Part shown: in pieces, positions 8,720 through 16,811 of the stretch
Position numbering within the stretch: the first letter of the stretch is position 1
Layout: the number at the start of each line of letters is the position of its first letter
Assembly (NCBI GenBank): GCA_048939625.1
Contig: JBHLPH010000008.1
Location: forward strand, 23,212 to 87,211
Origin: Promethearchaeota archaeon
GTDB lineage: Archaea > Asgardarchaeota > Hermodarchaeia > Hermodarchaeales > Hermodarchaeaceae
Length of the DNA stretch: 64,000 bases
Reading direction: 5' to 3'
The notes under the pieces: generated by a model
What the model was told of the DNA's origin: nothing
Seen by the model: the letters and a program-made list of their open reading frames with translations, nothing else
Database searches by the model: none
Program-made: the position numbers and the translations under genes

Positions 8720-10000
8720 TTAAGTCAACCACTCTACGTTATCGCCTAGTTTTCGCAATACTATGATGAGCTTCTCTTCATCGACTCCAACTCGCTGGGC
8801 AATATCCCCTGTGGTATTATTTCCATCACAGTATGATTTAGCATCTTCAAGGATTTTATACTCATCACTTGTTAACCCTACGGTTTCAAGATAGGCTAGG
8901 AATCGTCGGTCACTGGAAACTAATTTTGGATAAAATTGGACACGGCGAATATACCCGCGCGAGGATAAGTAACTAAGAATTTCTGAAAGTTGACGCCCAT
9001 GAACGCCCGTTCGGGTTCGAATGTCCTCAACAGTAGAAATGCCATCAATTGCTTGGAGAACATCACGTCCAGGATTTCCAAAAAGGTTATCAAACTCCCG
9101 CGCTTGCCCGGTACTCTCTGCAAACAGAGTGCTTTCCATCATGGGATTGGAGGTAAATACATCAAACTCGGAGAACGTCTCCGTTCCCCTTGTTTTAGGT
9201 TGCACTTTAACCATGCTAGAAGAGTCGATGTTAGCTAGACCATATACAAGAGGTGCAATAATCTCTGCACAGCGACCCACCTTCATATCTTCTCGGATAA
9301 TGGCAAGGAAAACGAAATCTGGCTTTACTTGATGTAAAAAGAGTTTGGTATCTTCTTCCAGGGTTGTCTGGGTTACAGCAAAATAACTTGGGAGCTCCAT
9401 ACTCCGAGATTGCTGAATTTGACGCATCCCAACCTCGAGTTCATGTTGTTGTAATTTTGAGGAGATTACAAATCCATCATTTGAGAGAAATGCAGTACGT
9501 AATATTCCAGGTTTTCCCTCGATGATATTGAGAAGTTCTTCTACTTTTTGCAATCCTTCAGGAGGAAGAATTGCGGTGGGATAACGCTGTTGAATTACAG
9601 GCAATTTATCATATTTACCAAGAATTTCGATCACATAATCACGAAAACCTACAAACAAATGAGACGAGATAACCGCTTTCTTCAAAACTTCATTGAACTG
9701 CTTTTGAAAGGCTTGAGCAATTTCTTTGATGATTACTCGGTAGATGTTTTCGTCATCATCCTGCCCTATGACAATAATGAAAAGTAGGTCCGCCTGGCTT
9801 TCGTAGACGAATTTATTCTCAGCGAAGGTGACCACCTGAATCTTCCCTTCCCCAATCTCTTCTGCAAAGCCTGCTTGAGCAGAAAGAAATCCTGCCACAA
9901 GGGCATCTAATTTAGGAGCCCCATCTGGGGCGAAATTGAATAAAGGCATACCACCCTTTCGGAGCACAATAATTTCCTTCACTGGCAATTGGGTCACCAA
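8720..10000 (-). CDS. Longin + roadblock + tandem winged-helix protein (NPRL2-like architecture)
   Basis: N-terminus IIVLRKGGMPLF..LVAGFLSA..FAEEI (Asgard longin pattern); middle PGILRTAFLSNDGFVISS (roadblock pattern); two C-terminal DG-x(2-3)-T..DI wH-like repeats. Confidence 0.7.
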   Translation of the reverse strand: MVTQLPVKEIIVLRKGGMPLFNFAPDGAPKLDALVAGFLSAQAGFAEEIGEGKIQVVTFAENKFVYESQADLLFIIVIGQDDDENIYRVIIKEIAQAFQKQFNEVLKKAVISSHLFVGFRDYVIEILGKYDKLPVIQQRYPTAILPPEGLQKVEELLNIIEGKPGILRTAFLSNDGFVISSKLQQHELEVGMRQIQQSRSMELPSYFAVTQTTLEEDTKLFLHQVKPDFVFLAIIREDMKVGRCAEIIAPLVYGLANIDSSSMVKVQPKTRGTETFSEFDVFTSNPMMESTLFAESTGQAREFDNLFGNPGRDVLQAIDGISTVEDIRTRTGVHGRQLSEILSYLSSRGYIRRVQFYPKLVSSDRRFLAYLETVGLTSDEYKILEDAKSYCDGNNTTGDIAQRVGVDEEKLIIVLRKLGDNVEWLT

Positions 10001-10098
10001 GACTTGACCAGTACTAAAACCTCGTATAGATTAACCTTTGTGTTATGAAAAACTTCAATCGCGACAAATATTGAAACGCTTATAATCCCAACATTCTA

Positions 10099-11610
10099 TT
10101 GTTCAGACCAGATATTTTGGTACCAGCGGAGACAAATTCCATGAAAATCGACCGAAATTGGGTTACCGCAACAATCCTTGCCATCCCACTAGCTTGGGTA
10201 ATTGCTTTTCTCCTATTTCTACGTCCAATCATTCCACTGGACTTTACAAATATTCTAGTGTTATCACTCAGCTTAATATTCGGGTTAATTCTCGGGGGAA
10301 TTCTTGCTGATAAACTTCGCAAACATTCGCTGATTCTTGTTTTAAATGAAATGTTGATACTTGCAATTGGTATCGTGCAATGGATTTTTCCATTAAGTTT
10401 TTGGCAAACATTCACAGGTCTTTTGTTTCTCGCTGTGCTCATCTTCTTACTTGGTTACGTATTAGTTTTGTTAACGATTTTTCTAAACCAACTGGTTTCC
10501 AGTGTACATCGTGGTCATATCGTTGGGATAGTTACTGTCATCACAGTTCTTCTAGCAGCATTTTTTTCTATCTTTTGGCAATTCCCTGTGTCTACATCAT
10601 TTGTTCCAGCAATGACGGCAGGACTGATTCTCCTCATTCTCATTATAACCTTTCTCGTTCGACCTTGGAAAGAAGAATTGCAAATCTATATGGTTCCAGG
10701 CTTCATTCGACATTACGCAATTTGGTGGGGCATCTATCTAGCAGCCTATGGTCTCTATGTATGGGCCACACCAGTTGATCTTCGCTTCATTTACGTAAGT
10801 CTGTTTAGCAATTTAATGCCTTTTCCAACCGAACTGATTTTAGTTGGACTCAGTGGCGCCATTTTTGTCTTCGCATTTCTTCCTGATAAATTGGGTCGAA
10901 AACTGGTCTTTAACATTGCAACCCTCCTTCTTGGTCTATTGTGTATTTTTGGAGGAGCCCAATTAGACGAAACTATAGGCGTAATTGTTTCTCTAGTACT
11001 AACAATTTTAGAAGCATTTGTAATCGCCTTCATTATTGGTGTTGGGGCATGGCTAGTATGGGCTGAAATTGGCGCTGTTCGCAAGAAGGGCAGGCGAGCT
11101 GCGTTTGGATGGATGTTGGTGGGAATCCTCGGAACAATCCTCTGGGTCATCACGATACTCCCCTCGCAAGCGGAACTTTCTCTCCTTGTTTATCCTATCG
11201 CCGCTTCACTTGTGTTGATTAGTATCTTTCCACTCACAAATGCCCGGGAAGTTGTTTGGAATGAAAGAGTCATTGAAGATATTGATATCAGTGTTGACAG
11301 TCGACAGGTGAGTCGGGCAATTCGAGACTTGGAAGTAGACACTTCACTGAAAAGCATCAAAGAACAGAAAGAGGCCGAGGTTACTGAACTAATGAAAATC
11401 CAGGGTCTCTCGAAGAAACAAGCTAAGGACCTACGGGATTTTGGGTATGAAACGCCCGAACTGATTACCCGAGCCGATGCTGAAACCCTTGCTCAGGCAT
11501 TATCAATCTCTACAAAGAAGGCACAACAGATTATTGATAATGCTAGGGCAATGAAGAAACAGACCAGAAAGCTAGGTACAAAACCGTCGAAAACGCGAAC
11601 AACTAAGTAA
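10099..11610 (+). CDS. MFS-like multipass membrane protein with C-terminal helix-hairpin-helix domain
   Basis: About 12 hydrophobic segments, motif-A-like GGILADKLRK and PDKLGRK; C-terminal LMKIQGLSKKQAKDLRDFGY..ISTKKAQQII. Likely start ATG 10141. Confidence 0.7.
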   Translation: MFRPDILVPAETNSMKIDRNWVTATILAIPLAWVIAFLLFLRPIIPLDFTNILVLSLSLIFGLILGGILADKLRKHSLILVLNEMLILAIGIVQWIFPLSFWQTFTGLLFLAVLIFLLGYVLVLLTIFLNQLVSSVHRGHIVGIVTVITVLLAAFFSIFWQFPVSTSFVPAMTAGLILLILIITFLVRPWKEELQIYMVPGFIRHYAIWWGIYLAAYGLYVWATPVDLRFIYVSLFSNLMPFPTELILVGLSGAIFVFAFLPDKLGRKLVFNIATLLLGLLCIFGGAQLDETIGVIVSLVLTILEAFVIAFIIGVGAWLVWAEIGAVRKKGRRAAFGWMLVGILGTILWVITILPSQAELSLLVYPIAASLVLISIFPLTNAREVVWNERVIEDIDISVDSRQVSRAIRDLEVDTSLKSIKEQKEAEVTELMKIQGLSKKQAKDLRDFGYETPELITRADAETLAQALSISTKKAQQIIDNARAMKKQTRKLGTKPSKTRTTK

Positions 11611-11660
11611 TGGAAGTCCAGAGGGTGTAACGAGGGGCAAAAAAAGTAAAATTAGGGGCC

Positions 11661-13334
11661 TTGGAGACGGTAATGCCCATGATGGTGAAAAGACGGAAAA
11701 AAACTAAAGGGAAACGCAAACGCTTAGGGCAATTTTATACACCTAACTGGGTCGTCGACTATATTATCCGTCATACGCTGGGCCCTGCCTTCACCCAGGA
11801 TCCAACCCGCCTTTTAGGAGAATTCACTGTTCTTGATCCAGCTTGTGGGGATGGAGCCTTTCTACTCGGGGCGCTTCGTTTCTTATCTGAAAAAGTGGAT
11901 TCCTACCCTGCTGCAAATCAGCGATTACTTCGCCGTAGTATAGTTGACAGTATCCACGGTATCGATATTGATGCAAAAGCGATTAAAGCCTGTCAAGAAC
12001 AATTAGAAAAAGCCAGCAAGACACTCTTAGGTTCACCAGCTGATTTCTCGCAGCGTGTACTCATTGGTAATAGCCTTATTCAAACTGACATGAATGCGAA
12101 AGAAATCTTTGGATCCACTCTGCAAAAACAGTATCCCGTCGATTGGCAGCGTGTCTACCCTTGGGTGATGCGTGATGCAGGGTTTGATGTAATCGTCGGA
12201 AACCCTCCCTTCCTTGGAATCAAAGCTATGGATCCTCAGATTAAGGAGTACATCCGCAGTCGCTATCGAACCGTCCACCAGCAATTTGATATTCTCATCC
12301 CTTTCATCGAACTAGGTTTAACATTACTTCGACCAGGGGGTCGCCTCGGTTTCATCGTCAGCAATAAAGTACTCGCAGCAGATTACGGAAGCCTTCTCCG
12401 AAAGTCCCTTGTCAATAGCTATGTCATTGAACGGATGGTTGACATCTCCCATCTAAATATCTTCGAAGATGCTGCAACCTACCCCCATATTATCATCATC
12501 CGAAAACCAAAATCTCCAGAAGACGTCAAGCACAATAAGATCCATATCCCCACACCACCAACTGACCCAAACGATATGGCATCAGAACCTGTTAAAGTCA
12601 ATCAAGTCCCTCAACACTACTACACTACACTTCCTAATACCATCCTAGCTCCAGCACTAACCGAAAAGAAATTCTCTATACTTCGGAAACTCATCCACAA
12701 CACTATTCCCTTGGGTCAGGCGTGCACAATTCGCTGTGGAATCGCTAAAACTGGTTTTACTAAACAACTCCTTTCAGTCTCTGCCTATAAAGAACTCAGT
12801 CAAACCAGACAACAAAAAACTCTACCTTTTCTAAATGCGGGAGATGTTCGTCGGTATTACTTACGCCGCAAGAAATTTCTCTCTTACACGCCCAAATTAT
12901 CCACCCTTGATCAATGGCGAGATTTCGAAGAACCTAAACTTGTGATTGCAGGAATGGCAAAATGCCTACGAGTCGCGTTAGATCAAACCGGACATGCCCT
13001 GGGTCGCGTCTATTACATCACCCAAACACGTGCACCCTACAATCCCTATTTCATGCTAGGATTACTCAATTCGCGACTCATCAATGCCTACTTCTCCTTG
13101 CTCTTTGTTGCGACGCATCTTCGTAGCGGATACATTCGCTATAACGCCACCTATCTGGAGCAAATTCCCCTCGTAACGCCAACCCAACACCAGGAAGAAC
13201 AATTAGCTGACCTCACCAAGCTAGTTGTTCAAAACCCCAAATACCTCACAAAGGGGCTAGACCACGAAATCGATGATGTGGTCAATAACTTGTATGGCTT
13301 AAACGCTGACGAGGTTTCTTTGTTAGAAGAATAG
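11661..13334 (+). CDS. N6-adenine DNA methyltransferase (TaqI/Eco57I-like, gamma order), solitary
   Basis: GQFYTP, VLDPACGDGAFL, GIDID, VGNPPF, C-terminal LLNSRL TRD-like region. Confidence 0.9.
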   Translation: METVMPMMVKRRKKTKGKRKRLGQFYTPNWVVDYIIRHTLGPAFTQDPTRLLGEFTVLDPACGDGAFLLGALRFLSEKVDSYPAANQRLLRRSIVDSIHGIDIDAKAIKACQEQLEKASKTLLGSPADFSQRVLIGNSLIQTDMNAKEIFGSTLQKQYPVDWQRVYPWVMRDAGFDVIVGNPPFLGIKAMDPQIKEYIRSRYRTVHQQFDILIPFIELGLTLLRPGGRLGFIVSNKVLAADYGSLLRKSLVNSYVIERMVDISHLNIFEDAATYPHIIIIRKPKSPEDVKHNKIHIPTPPTDPNDMASEPVKVNQVPQHYYTTLPNTILAPALTEKKFSILRKLIHNTIPLGQACTIRCGIAKTGFTKQLLSVSAYKELSQTRQQKTLPFLNAGDVRRYYLRRKKFLSYTPKLSTLDQWRDFEEPKLVIAGMAKCLRVALDQTGHALGRVYYITQTRAPYNPYFMLGLLNSRLINAYFSLLFVATHLRSGYIRYNATYLEQIPLVTPTQHQEEQLADLTKLVVQNPKYLTKGLDHEIDDVVNNLYGLNADEVSLLEE

Positions 13335-13368
13335 ATTTAAAAGGAATTAGTGTTCAAAATTCATCAAA

Positions 13369-13439
13369 ATATAATATTCTCAAGCCATGAGAAAAGAAGC
13401 TTAGAATCAAAAACAATCCTATCTCTATATGAGAACAAT
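13369..13439. promoter_or_regulatory. Cluster of TTCTCA/TGAGAA half-sites upstream of wHTH regulator (candidate operator)
   Basis: ATATAATATTCTCA 13369-13382, TGAGAA 13388-13393, TGAGAACAAT 13430-13439. Confidence 0.45.
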
Positions 13440-13451
13440 CTGGTGAAATAA

Positions 13452-14096
13452 ATGGCTCATCAAGACGTTATCACATTCAAGCCCGAACGCATCAAAATTG
13501 TATATGACAAAAAAATCAATGAAATCTTGCTGGACCCAAATCATGCTCCAATCATCAAGGCACTGCGCAAGGGTCCCATGACCGTTCGAGAACTCGAAGA
13601 AGCTTATGCTACTGAGGCAAATAAGGATTCAGAACTCGAGGCGAAATCAGATAAAACCATTTATCGCTATCTGAAGGTCTTAGAGCAATCAGATCTTGTT
13701 GTTCCTGCAGGTCAACGGGTAGTTATAGGAAAAACTGCTACAGAGACACTTTTTTCGCGAACTGCTGATGTATTCATTACTGGTCAAAGCGAAGAGGAAT
13801 ACTGGAGCTGTGAAACTGGAAAAGATCTCTGCGATAAAATGGCCATCATCCTTAGTAAAATTCTTGGAGACAAGAAAGCCGATAAAAATTGCCTCGTCAA
13901 ATTCATGAATGAATTCGACACCCTTGGAAACAAATACCTCGTCAATCTTGTTGAACAAGCTGATGACGAAATGCTGGATTTAATTACGGGAATTGATTGG
14001 GCTTACAAGGATAAGATTCTACGCTACGTCAGCATATTTACCATTGCGTTGAAGAACCCCAAACTCTTCGAAGAGCTCCGTGCCTGTTTTAAATAA
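13452..14096 (+). CDS. Winged-helix (ArsR-like) transcriptional regulator
   Basis: IIKALRKGPMTVREL..KSDKTIYRYLKVLEQSDLV..ETLFSRTA; SD GGTGA. Confidence 0.75.
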   Translation: MAHQDVITFKPERIKIVYDKKINEILLDPNHAPIIKALRKGPMTVRELEEAYATEANKDSELEAKSDKTIYRYLKVLEQSDLVVPAGQRVVIGKTATETLFSRTADVFITGQSEEEYWSCETGKDLCDKMAIILSKILGDKKADKNCLVKFMNEFDTLGNKYLVNLVEQADDEMLDLITGIDWAYKDKILRYVSIFTIALKNPKLFEELRACFK

Positions 14097-14120
14097 TCTA
14101 AATCCACATTTGGCACTGTA

Positions 14121-15428
14121 TCATCCACTTTCTTCTGATTCAGCGTCAATTGATGCTAGTTTCCGCCGGTCACGAATCAAGAAGAAAGCTTCAACACAAA
14201 TGGGAATGGCAATCATAATTGCCATGAGGGCAATTCCAATGGTGATGATTTGGTCAAAGGTAAATGGAAATGGGGGTCGGAGTGGTGGTTGATACCCAAT
14301 TGCCGGGATAATATAATCTTCCATGATGGCAGCAAACGTTGCGTCCTCATACGCGGCTGTGAATACAACAATCAGGTTATGCTCTGGCACCACGTTGATT
14401 TGTTGTCCATTATATCCAATTGCCACGTATGCATCAATGGGGAGGTTCAACCACCATTGATAGCCATAACCAATCGTGTCGGTGTCATTGTAAGGGGTCT
14501 CATGGTGTGTGGTGGAGAGATTAACCCAAGAGCTTGGAATAAGCTGTTCTCCATCCCAAGTGCCATTATTGAGGTATAAGAAACCAAACTTCGCCATGTC
14601 CCGGGGCGTAAGGTGAAGATCTGATCCCCCAAACACGACTCCCTGCGGATCCGTTTCCCAGTTGTACTCGGTTATACCTAATGGAGAAAACAAGTGGCTG
14701 TCTGCATAGGCGAGCGTGGTGTCACCCACCGTTTGATTAACGATCATGGAGAGGAGATGGGAGCCGCCACTATTGTAATCCCAGACAGCTCCCGGTTCAT
14801 ATCGCATTGGTTGATCTAACGTATACTGCACCCAATCGGGACTATTGATCATATAAGTAAAACTGCTTGTTGAACCATATGGCCATTCATACCATGCTAG
14901 ACCTGATTCCATGGTTAATAGGTGTTCGATAGTAATGGCTTCTTTTTCGCTAGTGCGGTTAGCAATAGTCCTTTCTGGGAAGAAGCTGACCATGCTCTCA
15001 TTCACGCCTACAATATGTCCTTCATCGATTGCCATTCCAATTAAAGCGGATGTCACGCTCTTTGTACACGAGTAAATGTTACCTCGGTGATTCTGCCCAT
15101 ATGCTGAGTCGAAGTATGTTTCCCATACGATGTAACCATTTCGGATAATTAAAACTGATCGAACTAAGTGACCCCAATACAATTGCCGAATATAGGCCTC
15201 CATGACTTGCAGTTGCGCTGAACTCATTCCTTGGGCTTCCGGACTTGTTGATCGCCAGCCATCGGTAGGCCAATAATCCGGGACTGCAGCTACGTAGAAT
15301 GGATTCAGAGGTTCATAGTAAGCTGAGTTCGCTCCATGAAACACGATTGATATAATGAATAGAGTGATCCAGAATGCTCTACCAGAAGCCATGCTACTCA
15401 CCCTAGTATACAGTGGCTGCTGTCTCAT
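14121..15428 (-). CDS. Membrane-anchored serine hydrolase (beta-lactamase class C family)
   Basis: SCTK (SxxK), HLLTMESG, YNS, GYGYQWW; N-terminal signal and C-terminal TM. Confidence 0.9.
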   Translation of the reverse strand: MRQQPLYTRVSSMASGRAFWITLFIISIVFHGANSAYYEPLNPFYVAAVPDYWPTDGWRSTSPEAQGMSSAQLQVMEAYIRQLYWGHLVRSVLIIRNGYIVWETYFDSAYGQNHRGNIYSCTKSVTSALIGMAIDEGHIVGVNESMVSFFPERTIANRTSEKEAITIEHLLTMESGLAWYEWPYGSTSSFTYMINSPDWVQYTLDQPMRYEPGAVWDYNSGGSHLLSMIVNQTVGDTTLAYADSHLFSPLGITEYNWETDPQGVVFGGSDLHLTPRDMAKFGFLYLNNGTWDGEQLIPSSWVNLSTTHHETPYNDTDTIGYGYQWWLNLPIDAYVAIGYNGQQINVVPEHNLIVVFTAAYEDATFAAIMEDYIIPAIGYQPPLRPPFPFTFDQIITIGIALMAIMIAIPICVEAFFLIRDRRKLASIDAESEESG

Positions 15429-15581
15429 TTAGGTCTAATCTTATATGCTCATGGTATGTGGCAAGAATTTGTCTCAGAAGTATTCTGCTAATTATTGGGA
15501 GATATTAATGTGCTCTGGAATTGTTCTCTCACGTTATAGTATTTATTTTCTCCAAAACCGATATATTTATATTATAGTAGT

Positions 15582-15595
15582 AGATAGTATTCTCA
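15582..15595. promoter_or_regulatory. Operator-like motif AGATAGTATTCTCA downstream of TATA-like box
   Basis: Exact 14-bp copy at 16749-16762; both about 15 bp after a TATA-like element (TTTATATT 15566; TTTTTACA 16734). Confidence 0.55.
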
Positions 15596-15634
15596 TCCCG
15601 TAAGAATATCGGGACATATGGTGGTAAAAGAATA

Positions 15635-15772
15635 ATGTCAAAGAGAAAAATCAACTTCGCTCGCATCGGAGTCGGTGAGCGAGCAGCTCTTGGGTGCAGC
15701 AACCCTCACCCTACGCCGAACTTCAGTCGAGCCTACAAAGTCATGACCTCACGTCGTGGCTCAAAATGGTAA
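15635..15772 (+). CDS. Small protein A, 45 aa (MSKRKINFARIGVGERAALGCSNPHPTPNFSRAYKVMTSRRGSKW)
   Basis: ATG with GGTGG SD and upstream TATA; motif similarity to ORF at 16485. Confidence 0.5.
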   Translation: MSKRKINFARIGVGERAALGCSNPHPTPNFSRAYKVMTSRRGSKW

Positions 15773-15808
15773 AGTCGAATACAGAACATCAAAAGTTGGT
15801 GATAAAAA

Positions 15809-15892
15809 ATGGCAAATAAAAAACAAATTCAACATCGAAACGGCTCCAATAAAGATTACTTCGTTTATTCGTTAATCCTTGCCCGAAGGTAA
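15809..15892 (+). CDS. Small protein B, 27 aa (MANKKQIQHRNGSNKDYFVYSLILARR)
   Basis: GGTGA SD just upstream; C-terminus SLxxxRR shared with ORF at 16485. Confidence 0.45.
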   Translation: MANKKQIQHRNGSNKDYFVYSLILARR

Positions 15893-16136
15893 ACGAATTC
15901 ACACAACAAGAAGACAACCTTGACGAGGGGCTTGGGCTTTACGATGATGTCACGAACTTGGGTCTTCCGGAACTTACGCATCATATACATCCGTTGTCTA
16001 CCCTGTAGGTCCACAAGCCTCAACGGTGCTGGTGGCCAGATCCAACCCCTCCAGCCTCTTGGTCAACATTCGCCGGAAGACCCACTACTTCTCTTTTCTC
16101 ACCTTAATTCCGTGAAAATTTGATGAGGAACATCCA

Positions 16137-16274
16137 ATGAAATACCTTGATAAAACAATGCTGCTTGGATCTCCCACGGAATTATGGCTTTACTTCCATT
16201 TTCGGATGCTAAGACCTAGGCAGTGGTGCCGCTATATCGTGCACTCTGAAACGACTTTACCACCACAAATCTAA
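16137..16274 (+). CDS. Small protein C, 45 aa (MKYLDKTMLLGSPTELWLYFHFRMLRPRQWCRYIVHSETTLPPQI)
   Basis: GAGGA SD upstream of ATG; no motif shared with the other small ORFs. Confidence 0.3.
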   Translation: MKYLDKTMLLGSPTELWLYFHFRMLRPRQWCRYIVHSETTLPPQI

Positions 16275-16484
16275 CCTCTCCCTTCGTCCCGTATGGCCCT
16301 TGCTGGGTTTAGCATCCGTTTTTCACTTTCTGCTGTGGATGTACAGCTGGACAATGGGGAAGGCATATAAGCCTCGAGAGGCTTAACGCTGTTAACTCCT
16401 TAATCATTCAACTAATTACTATAGCAGTATAGCAACTGCCACTATTCACAACACCGATTAGCCAAAACATAAGGGGTGGTAGTT

Positions 16485-16631
16485 ATGGTCCGATACGTAC
16501 TCAATAGATGCAAAGTCCCCGTCTCTGAAGATGAACGAAGAAAAGGGCCTGAGGGACTCGCAGAATGTCGCAATCCCAAGGCACTCTACAAAGGCCCATT
16601 AGAAGAATCGCTCCTCTTTCAGCGACGGTAA
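16485..16631 (+). CDS. Small protein D, 48 aa (MVRYVLNRCKVPVSEDERRKGPEGLAECRNPKALYKGPLEESLLFQRR)
   Basis: Strong GGGGTGGT SD; followed by hairpin/T-tract terminator. Confidence 0.55.
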   Translation: MVRYVLNRCKVPVSEDERRKGPEGLAECRNPKALYKGPLEESLLFQRR

Positions 16632-16656
16632 AAAAAACTGGAATCAAATTTCCATA

Positions 16657-16700
16657 TGGGGATCGACCACTGCCAGTGGTCAACCCCCCACTTTCTTTTC
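16657..16700 (+). terminator. Hairpin + pyrimidine tract terminator
   Basis: TGGGG..GACCAC-TGCCA-GTGGTC..CCCCA then CTTTCTTTTC. Confidence 0.6.
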
Positions 16701-16746
16701 TCCCGTACAATTTCTGGTAATTAAAGGGAAAGCTTTTTACACAACA

Positions 16747-16762
16747 TGAGATAGTATTCTCA
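16747..16762. promoter_or_regulatory. Palindromic operator-like site TGAGA-N6-TCTCA
   Basis: TGAGATAGTATTCTCA between TATA-like box and DUF362 gene start. Confidence 0.55.
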
Positions 16763-16811
16763 CTGCATTAGAAAACTTATCGTCCCGACTCACCCCCGGG
16801 CACACTAACAG

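Noticed and set aside
15920-16123. 67-aa ORF inside the small-ORF array
   Set aside because: Poorly placed SD and none of the shared motifs; left uncalled
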